Counted from the first letter of the stretch, positions 1-13,268 are shown. The stretch: 64,000 bases of DNA from Octopus sinensis (GCF_006345805.1 NC_043015.1:35898001-35962000), one strand, 5' to 3'. Notes: generated by a model from the letters alone, not told the origin. Program-made: numbers and translations.

Positions 1-1099
1 AATGTGTATTCAAAATGCAGCATTGATTCCATCAAGAAACAGCTGGCTTGGCAATCTTATCGAAATTGACAAATCGAATAAGCTAGAACAATATTTGTTT
101 TGTCCACTTTTCCATACATCACATGTCTTGCTAGGAGAATTTAGTTTCTTGGCAGATTAAGATACACGGTGAAAGTTGATGAGCTGAGACAAGAATGATA
201 TTAATACAACTCCCTCACTGCCACATGTCAACATCTCAACATGCCATACACTCACAGATATCAGACTGTCGAATGTTTGCGCAATTTCAGATGACATGGT
301 GTCATGTAATCAAATATGTCATTTGGAAGAATATTGCTTCGACACTAAACCAATATTTTGGAAGCATAGCTGTGTGTTTTAATTCGGATTTGATATCAGT
401 GGACTAGTGGATTCTCTTATCTTTTAATCCGAAAATCCTCTTTATCTTCAATCCACAATACATAATCTTTTCATATATTTTTTCTATTTTAACGTTCTCG
501 GGGATATCAACATAAATTCAACGAAAAAGGGGTTAAACTCAAACTTAAAATATAGGTTAGTAAAATTCGTTTGTCGAGAGGGCATTTCAGTATGTCTTTT
601 AATCCGGAATTCCTCCTTTTCTTTAATCAACGATACATTAATATAATTCAGTATTCTCTTGACGGTCGTTGGTTGGCAGGAATTATAATGTATTAAGCAG
701 AGTACCTCATGGTTCGTTTCCCATCACATTCATAACCCGCCCAAGTCAACTTTGACATTTACTTATCTGATATCAAATGAGTTTCTGCTGATCTTTAAAA
801 ATGCGAACTGGACTCGATTTCCTCGTGCTCCAGCTTAGCCGCGCTTCTATAACGGGATAACAACTAAGCAAATTAAGAGAACAGTAATTTTCTGTGACTT
901 TGATCAAAGACAATATTAAAGATATTTAGACATTGCAATGCCAACCATTAGCCTTCGTGCTGTTTCAACATAGCTGAATGACCAGTGACCGGTTGGTAAA
1001 TCGAAGAAATGATAATATAAGGAAATCTGAGAAACAACTCCCAGTATATTTCAATTCTATGGACACGAGTATTTATGCTAACCACCCCAATATATTGGT

Positions 1100-2096
1100 T
1101 CCACTTTTGAGACAAGGCCAGCGATTTCGTGGGTGGCGTAAGTCGATTAAATTGATCTTAGTGTTCAACTCATGTTATCGACCCGAAAGGATTAATGATA
1201 AAGTCGATCTAGACAGGATTTGAAACCCAGAACGTAAAGGCGGAAAAATTGTCGCTAAGCATATCATCCAACGTGCTCATGATTCTGACATCTCACAGCC
1301 TTCTATAGAATCATAATATTGGTTTCTCATTTAGGCAAAAGGTCCGCAGTTACGAAGAAGGGCTTAAGCTGATTACATCGTCGATCCCAGTACTCAGGAG
1401 GTACTTGTTTTATCGCCCACGAAATGACAAAAGATAAAGTACAACACGGTGGAATTTGAAATTTAGTCAGACGAAGTGCTGCTAAGTATTTTTCCTGGCG
1501 TACTAACAATTCCGCCTGCTCGTCGCTTAATTAAATGGTGATTTCATATGATTTCAAATTTTGGCACAAGGTTTGCATTTTGGGAAAGAGGGTTACATCG
1601 ACTCCAGTGCGCAACTGGTACTTATTTTCTTGATCCCAGATGGCGTGCCGATGAATCTGCCAACTCTTCACCTTATCTAATAATAATGATAATCATTTGT
1701 ACTAAAGGCGCAAGGCATGAAATTATTGGGGAGCGGATTAATCGGTTATATCAACCGCAGTGCTGTACTGGTACTTAATTTATCGACCCCGAAAGGATAA
1801 AAGGCAAAATCATTTGAACTAAGAACACAAAAAACGGACGAAATATCGCTAAGCATTTCGCTCGGTGTGCTAAAGATTCTGCAAACTTTTCTACTATAGG
1901 CACAAGACATGATATTTGAATGAAGAGGCCTAATCGATTACATTAACCCTAGTGTATCACTGGTACTTAATATGTCAACCATGAAAGGATGAAAAGCAAA
2001 GTCGACTTCGGTGGAATTTGAACTCAAAACGTAAAGGCGGACGAAATACCGCTAAGCATTACATCCCGCGTGCTAACAATTTACCAGCTCACCACC

Positions 2097-2098
<2 letters not shown>
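1100..2098 (-). mobile_element. Head-to-tail cluster of five tRNA-derived SINE copies (family A): ~1100-1302, 1331-1530, 1558-1675 (internally deleted), 1700-1890, 1895-2098
   Basis: Each matches the reverse complement of the SINE at 7448-7645 and 7994-8206 (A-box-like TGGCAGAATCGTT, B-box-like GAGTTCAAATTCC, body GTCGACTTTGCCTTTCATCCTTTCGGGGTCGATAA, tail GGCCTTGTGCC). Confidence 0.8.
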
Positions 2099-2148
<50 letters not shown>

Positions 2149-2180
2149 TGATGATGATGATGATGATAATAATAATAATA

Positions 2181-2211
<31 letters not shown>

Positions 2212-2222
2212 AATAATAGGAA
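2097..2222. repeat. (AAT)n/(GAT)n microsatellite
   Basis: Direct reading. Confidence 0.95.
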
Positions 2223-2225
2223 TAA

Positions 2226-3401
2226 ATGAAGGCTCTGGTATCCAGCATGCAAGCATGAAATAGGTTAGGAAGGAACGTTATAGAAAAGTTCGAGCAGTCC
2301 TGAAGTCTGAGCTGAATGCATATAATAAGGTGTTAGCCATAAATTCTTTAGCAGTACCAGTTGTTCTTTATAGCTTCAATGTGCTTAACTGGAATACCAG
2401 TGAAATAATGAAAATTGACAGAAAAATCTGCAAGCTACTGACTTGTAATAAGATGCACCATCCAAAGGCAGACGTGGATTGTGTTTACCTTTCCGAACCT
2501 CAGGAAGAGGCGAGCCTTGATCCAGCTTGAACTGACGTAAAAACCACCACAATCGGACTGGCCAAATACCTTGAAAAAACCAATGACTGGATGCTAAAAC
2601 TTGTTGAAAAACACGAAAGACCGATAAAACTTCACTATATTCTGAAAGAGAGCAAAACATTCGCTACTGATCTCTTAGATATCTACCAGATTGATCAGGT
2701 TGAAGGAAATGCGCCAACTGCTGCTGCAAAGAAAATAAAATTAATTGCAAAGACAAAAGCGCATGAAAAATTTGCTAGCAGATGAGAACAGAAACCTCTG
2801 CATGGCAAGTATGTAGCCCGTAGCAAACAAGCTGATGTCGACCGGATACACATGCAACAATGGTTACGAAGCTCAGGGATAAAAGCATAGAGTGGAGGTT
2901 TCATATTAGCTGCTCAAACCACAGCTTATTAACCCGGAACTACCAAGCCAATGTGATAAAAAATGGAGCTGACCCACTGCAACTATCAGGTAGAGAAAAG
3001 AAAGCCGGTAATAGTCTTATTTGAGAAAGAAACCAAACTATGCTGGATCATAGATATAGCAATCCCAGCAGACAGCAAGTTATGCGATAAGGAAGAAAGA
3101 AAAGTCGATAGATATAACAGTTGAGATTGGGAAGTTAAGAAGTTGTATTCGATGAAAAAGGTAGTAGTAGTAGTAGTACCAATATTTGGCGGAGCCCTGG
3201 GAACAGTGAGTAAAAATCTCGAGAAGTACATGGAACAAATAGGGGCTGTAATAAGGGTGGAGGACTTGTAGAAAACAGCACTGCTTGGAACCGCTCGAAT
3301 ACTCCGAAAGGTGCACGAAAAATAAGAAGTGTTACCTTAGTTCATTGCTAGTGAACAGCTGACACCGTAGTACATCTCCAGCGGTGAAGGTGGGCAAAGA
3401 C
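2226..3401 (+). mobile_element. R4/Dong-clade non-LTR retrotransposon 3' fragment (post-RT region plus RLE endonuclease), decayed and internally deleted
   Basis: Translates across stops and frameshifts to NKVLAINSLAVPVVLYSFNVLNW...MHHPKADVDCVYL, KPLHGKY, WLRSSGIKA, then LCWIIDIAIPAD...KVDRY and LLGTARILRKV. Flanked 5' by (AAT)n and 3' by (GAT)n(AAT)n. Confidence 0.85.
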
Positions 3402-4104
3402 AATGATGATGATGATAATAATAATAAAGTGATGTTAAGGTAAATTGTTTAGAATTTAGGCGCGAGACCAGTAATCATAGGGAAGCGTTTTATTCGGTTT
3501 TACCGATTCCTCTACTGTTACTTTATGATATCGATCTTGGGCGGATGTAATATTAAGATGGCATTAGCAGTATGGGAACTCTGAACGTCAAAGACAAATT
3601 CTATGAAGACTTACCGTACCTTTCGAACTTACATGATCAATTAAACCAGATGAATACCGAGACCAATGTAATCGATGATCTCCCTACCCTGGAGTTGTTG
3701 TTCTTGGGCAAAAACTATTATTTTAATGCAAACTATTAAATAACAGTGGGATATTTACTAATTGAAAGGTTTCGAGTCAAATGTTGTTTTATATCATAGC
3801 GAGAATGAATCCAAGACGGAGAATATAGGCGATTAGATGACTCCGTTAATTGATGGCTATTGTTTTAATCAGCCCCACTTACACGAGAATGGAGGCGTGA
3901 ATTGAGAAAATATAAATCACAAGCCGTGTCCTCTGGTCTTTCACTGACCCTACAGTTACGTGTCACCAATGTGAATGATTCTTTCTAATCAGAGAAAACG
4001 CTAAAGCATGTAGTGTCGGGTACAATGACGCCGATTAAATAACCCCTGTGTATCTAATGAACGAGGGAAGATCTAAGGGGTGGCTTGAAATATTAAGAAT
4101 AATT

Positions 4105-4490
4105 AATTAGCTAGTTACTTAGTAAAAGTTACTGAATTGAGAATTTTTTGACACTTCTGACACGCGTCTCCCATTCCTCTCTGTCTCTTTGGCTTTTTAA
4201 AATTCTGGATTTTGCATCCAGTGCCCTCTTGCAATTGACTGGTGCAGTTTTTTCTGGTATATCCTGTTCTCCATTTACTATGAGAAGGTTGCCATAGAAG
4301 GAATCCAGTTCCTAGCTCATCCTTGCATTGACCAATAAATCTCAGCACGTACTTTCATTCAGTCTCTCTGTTATACAGGATGCCATCGTATAACTCTTTG
4401 TTAGTCGTGTGTTCTCACGGGACATTTTGGGGCACTGGAAATAATGTTCGAATATTCCTCAAATATCTCCTTAAGTTCAATGTCAGCCTG
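4105..4490 (-). mobile_element. RTE-clade LINE 3' fragment
   Basis: Minus strand reads HTTNKELYDGIL..TERMKVRVLRFIGQCKDELGTGFLLWQPSHSKWRTGY..NCTSQLQEGTGC, resembling the RTE C-terminal RRLRFAGHC..LLW.P.HG.R..GRP motif. Confidence 0.75.
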
Positions 4491-4844
4491 TACTCTCATC
4501 TACGAGTTGCCAGTTGTTCGATGAATTGAGTAATTAAACATGTATAAACATGTGACTGATAATTCTACAGAAAAGTGTACTGTTGAAGGAATTCTTAGAC
4601 GGAATCAGCGTCATACAATTTGCTGGTTGATATTTATTAGCGAGGTTTCTTCACTTTCCATCGACTTCATTTCCCCACCGCAAGGGATGTATGAAGAAGC
4701 GGTGACAGGAGATACATTGACCGAAATACTTCGCAGTGAGATTTTTATCGATCTCTAAATATACTCCTTAACTACATGGTCATGTGTTTACAAACAGGAA
4801 CCTACTGCGTTGACACCATAGCTAGGCAAACAATACGAAGTGGT

Positions 4845-4990
4845 CAGGGCGGGAAAGGCATGATGAGACGTGTGATCCAATAGAATTAACCTGGAACTAA
4901 ACGGTTTGCAGTTGGTACTGAATAGTAACCCCAGAAAGTTAAAAGACAAATTCGACATCGGTGGGATTTGAACTTACGACGTAAAGAATA
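4845..4990 (-). mobile_element. Decayed family A SINE
   Basis: AAAGACAAATTCGACATCGGTGGGATTTGAACTTACGACGTAAAG matches the reverse complement of the SINE B-box region. Confidence 0.6.
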
Positions 4991-5125
4991 CGGCCAAATT
5001 CAAATTTCTAAGTTTTCATTATGAAATAATAAAACAAAAGCTAAGAGTTATATTGCAACAAGAATCAACTGCTGAAACTATTGGACACTTCGATATATTT
5101 CTACAATCTTATACAAAACATGTTT

Positions 5126-5146
5126 GTCTGTGTGTGTGTGTGTGTG

Positions 5147-5207
<61 letters not shown>

Positions 5208-5590
5208 ATACATTTATATATTCCTACACACTCACACTTTACATTACACACAATGCAATATATTGCGTGTTGGTGAGTGCGTCTTAGATAATTCTATTGG
5301 TTCTCAGCGGGGTTGCTTATCCCTTGTATCTAAGCGCTTTTATTTTTTAACTTTTTCCGTTGTCTTACCCCTCACTCTCTCTCCCTATACCTGGTCTTCT
5401 GCATTCATACCTACGAATGTACGTACGTACGTAGGTATGTATGTATGTATAAGTATAGGTATATGCATATATTTTTACTTATGTATGTATGTATGTATGT
5501 ATGTATGTATGTACGTATGTATGTATATATATATATATATATATGTATGTATATATTTAAGCATTCATATGTATGCATTTCTATTATTGC

Positions 5591-5666
<76 letters not shown>

Positions 5667-5914
5667 GTCTATCTATCTATCTATCTATCTATCTTCTATC
5701 TATCTATCTATCTATCTATATATATATATTATATACATATCTATACGCACACAAGCTTGTTTAGACATGTGTGACTGTGTGACTTATGAAGTCACGCGCA
5801 CATATGTGTTCATATGTATTAGGTATGCATGTATGAGGAAGGAGAGAGAGGGGGGAGAGGAAGAGAGAGAGAGAGAGAGCTACATACATGTATGTGTATA
5901 TGTACATCTATGTA

Positions 5915-5950
<36 letters not shown>
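5126..5950. repeat. Compound microsatellite: (TG)n, (TA)n, (TATG)n, (TATC)n, (GA)n
   Basis: Direct reading; accounts for the 397-aa ORF 5053..6246. Confidence 0.95.
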
Positions 5951-5953
<3 letters not shown>

Positions 5954-6174
5954 AGTATTGGTATTGTACATTCATCATTATGCCACTCTTCCTTGCACTC
6001 CCTGTGCACAAAAAAAAGAAAACACTTTTTATCTGCCGTGTATCAATTACTATCCATTACATCCTTTCCTGCCCAAACCACCTCTCTTCCCTTCCCACCC
6101 ACTTTCACCTAAACTACCTCAATGCTCCCCCTCCTGTCCTCCTACCACCAGTCTCTTTCACTGTCTCTCTGTCG

Positions 6175-6226
<52 letters not shown>

Positions 6227-6669
6227 TCCTTTCTCAATCTCCATAGCTTGCAGCAAAAGACTCACGGGATAACATATAAAATGAATGGAATTTTTGCGGC
6301 TTTTTGTTTCAGATTCTAAGCCTAACCGTTTCTTTAGAATTTTCAATAGACTATCTTTAGAATTTCTCGTTCATTTCTGTCTTCCTATGGTGCTGGTGTG
6401 TTTTCTTCATCTTCATCGCTTTTTCTTGTTATTTTTGTAATTCTTACTCTCCCGTACTTCTTTTCTTTCTTATTAAAATCATATCTAACAAAATGTACGA
6501 CTTGAAAAAAAAGAGAAATTCTTCAAAAATACGACATGATAGATTATTCAGAAGAATGATATAAAAATAGAATTCCTGGAGCTGAAAGTTTTATCGTTTC
6601 AATAATGACAAATATTGATTTCTTACACAGGCACAAGTCGATATATTTAATTTTTATTTATTCATTTAT

Positions 6670-6690
6670 TAATTATTATTATTATAACTA

Positions 6691-6767
<77 letters not shown>

Positions 6768-6785
6768 GTTATTATTATTATTATT
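6670..6785. repeat. (TTA)n microsatellite
   Basis: Direct reading. Confidence 0.95.
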
Positions 6786-7447
<662 letters not shown>

Positions 7448-7645
7448 GAGGCGGCGATCTGGCAGAATCGTTAACATGCCGGGCAAAGTTCTTAGCGGTA
7501 TTTCGTCCGACTTTACATTCTGAGTTCAAATTCCACCGCGGTCAACTTTGCCTTTCATCCTTTCGGGGCCGATAAATTAAGTACCAGTTGTGTACTGAGT
7601 TCGATTTAATCGACTAGTCCCTTCCCCCAAATTTCAGACTTTGCA
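7448..7645 (+). mobile_element. tRNA-derived SINE family A
   Basis: GGCGGCGATCTGGCAGAATCGTT (A-box-like) and CTGAGTTCAAATTCC (B-box-like), preceded by (TTA)n. Confidence 0.9.
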
Positions 7646-7654
7646 GGTTTGTCC

Positions 7655-7838
7655 CAGCACATGACCTTACAGGTGGAGCCCAGGTGGGAACATGCTCAAC
7701 TGGATAAGGTCAAACAACTGACAAGTAAATCTGTGGCACTGAGCAGAATATTTGCTATAGCCCAAAACAATGTACATGATATCACTTCCAATCAATTAAG
7801 ATCAGAAGCCATGAGAGTTACTGCCTTGTACTGCATCA
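7655..7838 (-). mobile_element. Element X, internally deleted partial copy
   Basis: Matches 6938-6967 joined to 7170-7335 of the full copy via the junction GGAGCCCAG|GTGGGAACATGCTC. Confidence 0.8.
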
Positions 7839-7936
7839 TCATCATCATCATCATCACCATTATCATCATCCTCCTCCTCCTCATCATCATTTTTGTTGTT
7901 GTCGTTGTTATTGTTGTTGTTGTTATTATTATTATA

Positions 7937-7993
<57 letters not shown>

Positions 7994-7995
<2 letters not shown>

Positions 7996-8206
7996 AGTGG
8001 TAAGCTAGCAGAATCGTTAGCGTGCCGAGCGAAATGCTTATCGGCATTTCATCCGCCTTGACGTTCTGAGTTCACATTCTGCCGAGGTCGACTTTGCTTA
8101 TCATCCTTTTGGGATCGGTAATTTAAGTACCAGTTAAACACTGGGGTCGATGTAATCGGCTAGTCCCCTCCCTTCAAATTTCAGGCGTTGTGCCTTTAGT
8201 AGAAGG
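7994..8206 (+). mobile_element. tRNA-derived SINE family A, full length, (TTA)n tail
   Basis: Head, body and tail GCGTTGTGCCTTTAGTAGAAGG followed by (ATT)n. Confidence 0.9.
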
Positions 8207-8266
<60 letters not shown>

Positions 8267-8279
8267 GTTATTATTATTT

Positions 8280-8468
8280 AGGCGGCGATTTGGCAAAATC
8301 GGTAGCACGTCGGAAAAAATACTTTTCGTCCGTGTTCATGTTCTTCGTTCTCATACCGGCGAAGTCGACTTTTCGGGGTCGATAATTACCAGTTGATTAC
8401 TGCGATCAATGTAATTGGATCATCCCCCACCCCCTTAACTTGCTGGCCTTGTGCCAAGCATTTGAAAC
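8280..8468 (+). mobile_element. SINE family A, internally deleted
   Basis: GGCGGCGATTTGGCAAAATCGGTAGCACG...GGCCTTGTGCCAAGCATTTGAAAC. Confidence 0.8.
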
Positions 8469-8559
8469 TACAGTTGTTTATTTATTTATTGGGGTATTTA
8501 TTTTTGTGTCCTAAGCCTCGCCGTCGATGTTAAAGACTACTGCAATCGGCTGGTATTAT

Positions 8560-9010
8560 TTGCTGAATCTTCTAGAACATCTCGATAGGAAGATTAGTGG
8601 CGTAGAAGAAAGTTTTAGTCAGACCTGGAGAAGAAGGATTGGCTCTGCTAGATGTGAAACGGTCAAAGACACGCCATGTGTGTACTCACTCACCTCCTCC
8701 GTAGGAAGTCCGGAGGTAGCTTCCTCTCTGCAATTTCCAAGTGAGAATGGCCACACGACTCGTCACTTCTCCCCAGGTGTTTTCCACCTGGGTGTCCGTT
8801 CCAAACGAGACCCCGAGCAATTTAACTGGTCCTTCCACCCTCCGACGCTCTCGGTTGGCATGTACCTGCCTCTGTTGAAGGCCCTCCGCCATCAGGTTAA
8901 TCTTTGCTCCAAGAAGCAAACCAATAACATTCAAGTCCCTACATATATTCCACTTGTGCTCAGAATATTTACTCAATGGCAAACTGTTATCCATTGATTC
9001 ATAAGTTTCC
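8560..9010 (-). mobile_element. Tx1/L1-clade LINE fragment (end of RT domain)
   Basis: Minus-strand LLGAKIN...EGPVKLLGVSFG...NTWGEVTSRV then AERKL after a frameshift, matching the GAKIN / vKILGv.f / W...rv / R.LSL pattern of Tx1-like RTs. Confidence 0.6.
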
Positions 9011-9109
9011 TTTAATCCTACAGCGTGCGCTAGTGATATTGAATGTTTTTGATTGCCATTAAGCAGCAAAACAGAATTTAGACTTACTTTGCTGGAATCT
9101 ATTCTTCAG

Positions 9110-9400
9110 GATTGTGGCCCTACCCCATCCCACGTAGGAGTGCTACCAAAGGAGTCCAAAGAATGGAACATCATCGACGTAGTTATTCCTGTAGCCCAGG
9201 GTATTGTGAAGACGGTAAGTACCAAAATATGGGATAGGAAGTGAAACAAAGTGGAAGTGAAATCATAAAGGGAGTAAATATTCTAGCACCAAAAGCTGTA
9301 TATATCTAAATTCTTAGGAAGTACACAGATTGCGACAATACTTGCAACAGCTCAGTTGAGGAAAGTGTTGCGTTCTCTAAATCACGAAAAGAATAGGTGC
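9110..9400 (+). mobile_element. R4/Dong-like 3' fragment (RLE end) with (AAT)n tail
   Basis: EWNIIDVVIPV... and ATILATAQLRKVL, immediately followed by (AAT)n at 9401-9436. Confidence 0.65.
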
Positions 9401-9435
<35 letters not shown>

Positions 9436-9974
9436 GATACAAATGAAATAAATGAATAGAATAAAATCAATACTAGCGCAATTATTTGAACGCAGAACAT
9501 AATATCAATTAAATAGTTATTGAAAATTTATACGAATATTGATATATGACTAAAAATTCAAGATGAACTATAAATTCTGTATCTAATAAGAAACTAGAAA
9601 TGTCTTGGAAGCTAATCTTTGGTGGTGGCCCAGTGAAATTTATAAATTAATAAAACGGCGGCGAGGTTTGATTTGGAGACGTGTTGATTTGTGAGAATTT
9701 ATGAATTGTATATTGAAAAGTCAGACGTTTGGTTCATAAGGTTGGCGTTTTTGGCCTTCAATATATTCGTCATATTCTATCAGTCTTCTACCCCCAATAG
9801 ATAAATTATTCTTAAAGAAATTCCGTGGTGGGGAAAAGAAACTCTTCCAAAATATATATTTCTGTGAGAAATAATAAAATTGCAACTAAAAGAATTGGAC
9901 GAGCGAGCGATAAACGAGGAGGTTCTAGGATTGTTGGACTTCCGCCTTTTTGGTTTGTGGCAAAGTGTTCTACC

Positions 9975-10081
9975 ACAACTCATCAACATCATCATTATAA
10001 CCACCCCCGTCGTCGTCGTCGTCGTATTCAACGTCCTCATCGGTCATCACCATCATCGCCGTCTTCGTTGTTTCATGAACG

Positions 10082-10122
<41 letters not shown>

Positions 10123-10660
10123 GTCGTCGTCGTCGTCGTCGTCATCATCATCATGATCATCATCGTCGTCGTCATCATCATCATCATCATCATCGTCGTC
10201 ATCATCATCATCATCATCGTCGTCGTCGTCACCGTCTTCATTGTTATCATTGTCATCACTCCCAAAGTGTGAAAGTTAAGAGTTCCAACATTTTGTCTGG
10301 GTGGTCATCATCATCATCCACTTCATCATCATCATCAACATCATCATCACCATCATCATTATCATTATCATTATCATCACCCTCCTCCTCATCCGCATCC
10401 TCATTCTCCTTATCTCCTTCACCATCATCCTCATAATTCCACCGCCATCCATCGACATCTTTATAATTGAAGTCACTATCGTTTATCACGGTAATCACTC
10501 CAACATCATCACAATCAGAATCTTCAACATAATCATCAGCATATACCTCTTCTTCTTCTTCCTCCTCCTCTTCACAACAACCATCTCTACACTACCATCA
10601 TCATCATCATCATTGTCATCATCTCCACCTCAACGTTCATCAGTGATCCTGGCATCTCTG
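9975..10660. repeat. Mosaic (CAT)n/(CGT)n/(CAC)n trinucleotide region
   Basis: Direct reading; explains poly-His/Ile/Met ORFs. Confidence 0.9.
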
Positions 10661-10724
10661 CTCTTGAATCGAGATTTTAATCAGTTTTGGAAGGATATCC
10701 AACTTAACATCTAACACACACATA

Positions 10725-10755
<31 letters not shown>

Positions 10756-11189
10756 GCATACACTCTCTCTCTCTCTCTCAGTCTCTCTCCTGAGTCTGTT
10801 TCTAGTTGTTTACACATCTCTCTAATATAGTCGCTGCCTGTTAACATGCAGTTACGTAAAAGGCCTCCCAGAGCATCCCACTTCGTCTGCGATAGACGGA
10901 GCGTACAATCGATTGAATTGATCCTACATTTGGCTGAAATTATCGCACAGACTTTACCGTCGGACAATCACCATCACTTACAATTTACAAACCATTTGTG
11001 CCTTTGGCAGAGTAAAGAAATACAAACCGGTTAATGCTGTAAGCTGCACTTTAAAATTTATAATAATTGCTGATTTTGGCACAAAGCCCGCCATTGTGAA
11101 GTGATGGTGTTTGTCGATATAACTGACCATGATTAGATCCAAACGAGAAAGATAGCAACGTAATATTTCCCACTCCCTAACGATTTGGT

Positions 11190-11365
11190 CATGGCATTTA
11201 ATCCTTCTGCCATGATTCCTGAATAAACCCTGAAAGGGATTCTCCAAACAAATCGATCACAATACTTTTAATGCCTGGCGCACCATCATTTCTTTTGGCG
11301 AAACGCTAAATGACGGGATGTAAACTCCCCAACACAGGTTCACAAACGATGATTACAGAACTAAC
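11190..11365 (+). mobile_element. Decayed SINE-like repeat family D
   Basis: GAAAGGGATTCTCCAAACAAATCGATC...GAAACGCTAAATGACGGGATGTAAAC matches copies at 19005-19160, 21315-21490 and 53800-53975. Confidence 0.55.
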
Positions 11366-11385
11366 ATAATCACTCATTCACTCAC

Positions 11386-11479
<94 letters not shown>

Positions 11480-11481
<2 letters not shown>

Positions 11482-11625
11482 GAAGCGCTGATAATCGGAA
11501 CTGAGATGTGTGCAGGGTACGAATCCATTCTGCATGCAGTCGTCCTATGTTCGAGTATTGCTGACTTGTGGTGCGTGGTCGAACAGCTGTTGACGCGTGT
11601 AAGACGGATCTGGCTATCAGCCGAG
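11480..11625 (+). mobile_element. Tx1-like LINE C-terminal (zinc-knuckle) fragment
   Basis: CAGYESILHAVVLCSSIADLWCVVEQLLTRV, a C..E(S)I.H....C motif followed by LW. Confidence 0.55.
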
Positions 11626-11644
11626 TAGTAGTAGTAGTAGTAAA

Positions 11645-12446
11645 TGACCTGATGCAGTACCAGTCAGTGGCTCTCATGACTTGGGATCTTTACTCACTGG
11701 AAGTCTTATGATATATATTGTTTTGTCTTGGCATAAAAGATGGGCTACAGCAAATATTTTGCTTAGTACCAAAGAGATGCTTGTGAGTTGTTTGACCGCA
11801 AACTTCCGCATCCACCCCCACGTTCCTTTTCAAGTGGAATTTGAAGAACTCGATGAAGGCTTGGCAGAAGAGGAGCGTATGTATCTTCTGTCGTTTCAAC
11901 TTCGTCCAATACACTTCTTTCGCCATAGTCACCAGACAAAGGAAAACTGTCTTCGTTTTCCTATCAAAAAAAAGAAAAGAAAAAAGGCGGGAATATCTTC
12001 TCGTTGGTCTCGGCTGATGACCAGCTCCATCTTACACGCGTCAACAGATTGGCTTGTCAGTTGTTTGACCTTAATCAGTTGAGCATATTCCCACCTGGGC
12101 CACACCTGCAAGGTCATGCACTGTTTATCTTGATACAAGAATTCTTTGAAGTTTGAATAATTCACCACTGAAAACATAGGTATTTCGTTCAACTTCCTTA
12201 AATAAATTATATTCAGTGACCTTTTGGGTGGGATAGGCTACTCAAACTGAAAAATATTTCTAACTAGGTATCACCTGAAAGGTCATGTGCTGTTTATCTT
12301 AATATGAGATCACCAAGTCGCGCACACACGGTTGAGATATATGTGCCTGGTGTACGCTTATTAGACAGGCAGTTATGAAGTGTATAATGGGCTTCGCATT
12401 TTTGACTCCAATGTCACTTTGATGGCATGCACTGCTCTATCACTCC
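11645..12446 (+). mobile_element. Element X copy (rearranged, interrupted by Tx1-like fragment), (AAT)n tail
   Basis: Starts TGACCTGATGCAGTACCAG and ends GATGGCATGCACTGCTCTATCACTCC(ATA)n; reverse complement of 6786-7340. Confidence 0.8.
11789..12047 (-). mobile_element. Tx1-like LINE C-terminal fragment inserted in element X
   Basis: Minus-strand VFLCLVTMAKEVYW..LK...FIEFFKFHLKRNVGV; flanked by duplicated GCTTGT(G/C)AGTTGTTTGACC. Confidence 0.55.
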
Positions 12447-12493
12447 ATAATAATAATAACAATAATAATAATAATAATATTAATAATAATAAC

Positions 12494-12526
<33 letters not shown>

Positions 12527-12528
<2 letters not shown>

Positions 12529-13268
12529 TAAGCTAAACAGAAAAGAAATAGACGAAGCAAAATCCCAACAATGGCTGGGAAGCTCAGGACCCAAAGCAGA
12601 GACTGAAGAATTTGTAATTGCGGCAGAAGATCAAAGCTTTCCCACCAGAAATTACAAAAACACGCAGGAAATAAAATACAAGTAACTGCAGAATATGTGC
12701 AGATGAAGAAGAAACAATAAATCATATTGTCTCTGGTTTCCCAGTCCTGGCTAATAAGGAATATATTCATAGACACGACAGAGTTGGGGACCTATAAACA
12801 CTGGAACCTATACCAACACAATGGGAATGACAACAGGAAAAAGATGGTATAGTCACACGCCAGAAAAGGTCACAGAAAATGAGAAATTAAGGCCATTACG
12901 CCGGATATAGTTGTCAGAGATCACCAAGAGGAAAAAATACTTTCTAATCGATGTATCAATACCAACAGGTGAAAATTTTACTCTAAAAGAAACGGAGAAA
13001 CATTCAAAATAGAAACATCTGGAAATTGAGGTATCGCTAATTCCTATAATATTAGGCGCATCAGATATGATAAAAAATACATTCAGACAAATATATAACA
13101 AAAACACCTAGACTAGATAACGTACAGAAAATAGAACTACTAGGCACCATACACATCCTACGTAAAACCCTTTCAATACAGTGAAGATAATAGCACAACA
13201 ACAAACCACAGCACATGCGCAAGGCAAACAGAGCTATGATAGGTAGTGCAGTGAAAGCACGTTATTAA
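12527..13268 (+). mobile_element. R4/Dong-like 3' fragment with CCHC knuckle, RLE and 3' UTR
   Basis: SQQWLGSSGPKAETEEFVIAAEDQS, CRICADEEETINHIVSG, RPDIVVRD...IDVSIP, LGTIHILRKTL; (AAT)n on both sides. Confidence 0.9.

Noticed and set aside
187-407. Overlapping open frames near window start
   Set aside because: No recognisable domain or donor site.
415-645. Degenerate ~45-bp direct repeat (TCTTTTAATCCG..AATCCTC) at ~419 and ~595
   Set aside because: Low-complexity pyrimidine-rich match with only two copies; nothing further supports an element.
5053-6246. 397-aa ORF and the many other YI/CV/HT/poly-N/I/L ORFs in the track
   Set aside because: Translations of (TA)n, (TG)n, (TATC)n and (AAT)n, which lack stops in some frames; no protein motif.
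7448-7530. tRNA gene (also 20859-20935)
   Set aside because: A/B-box-like heads continue into SINE bodies repeated across the window; no complete cloverleaf.
10810-11020. Non-repetitive open frames on both strands (CRINSIDCTLRLSQTKWDALGG.. / RSVQSIELILHLAE..)
   Set aside because: No motif or clean splice pair; cannot be supported without homology search.
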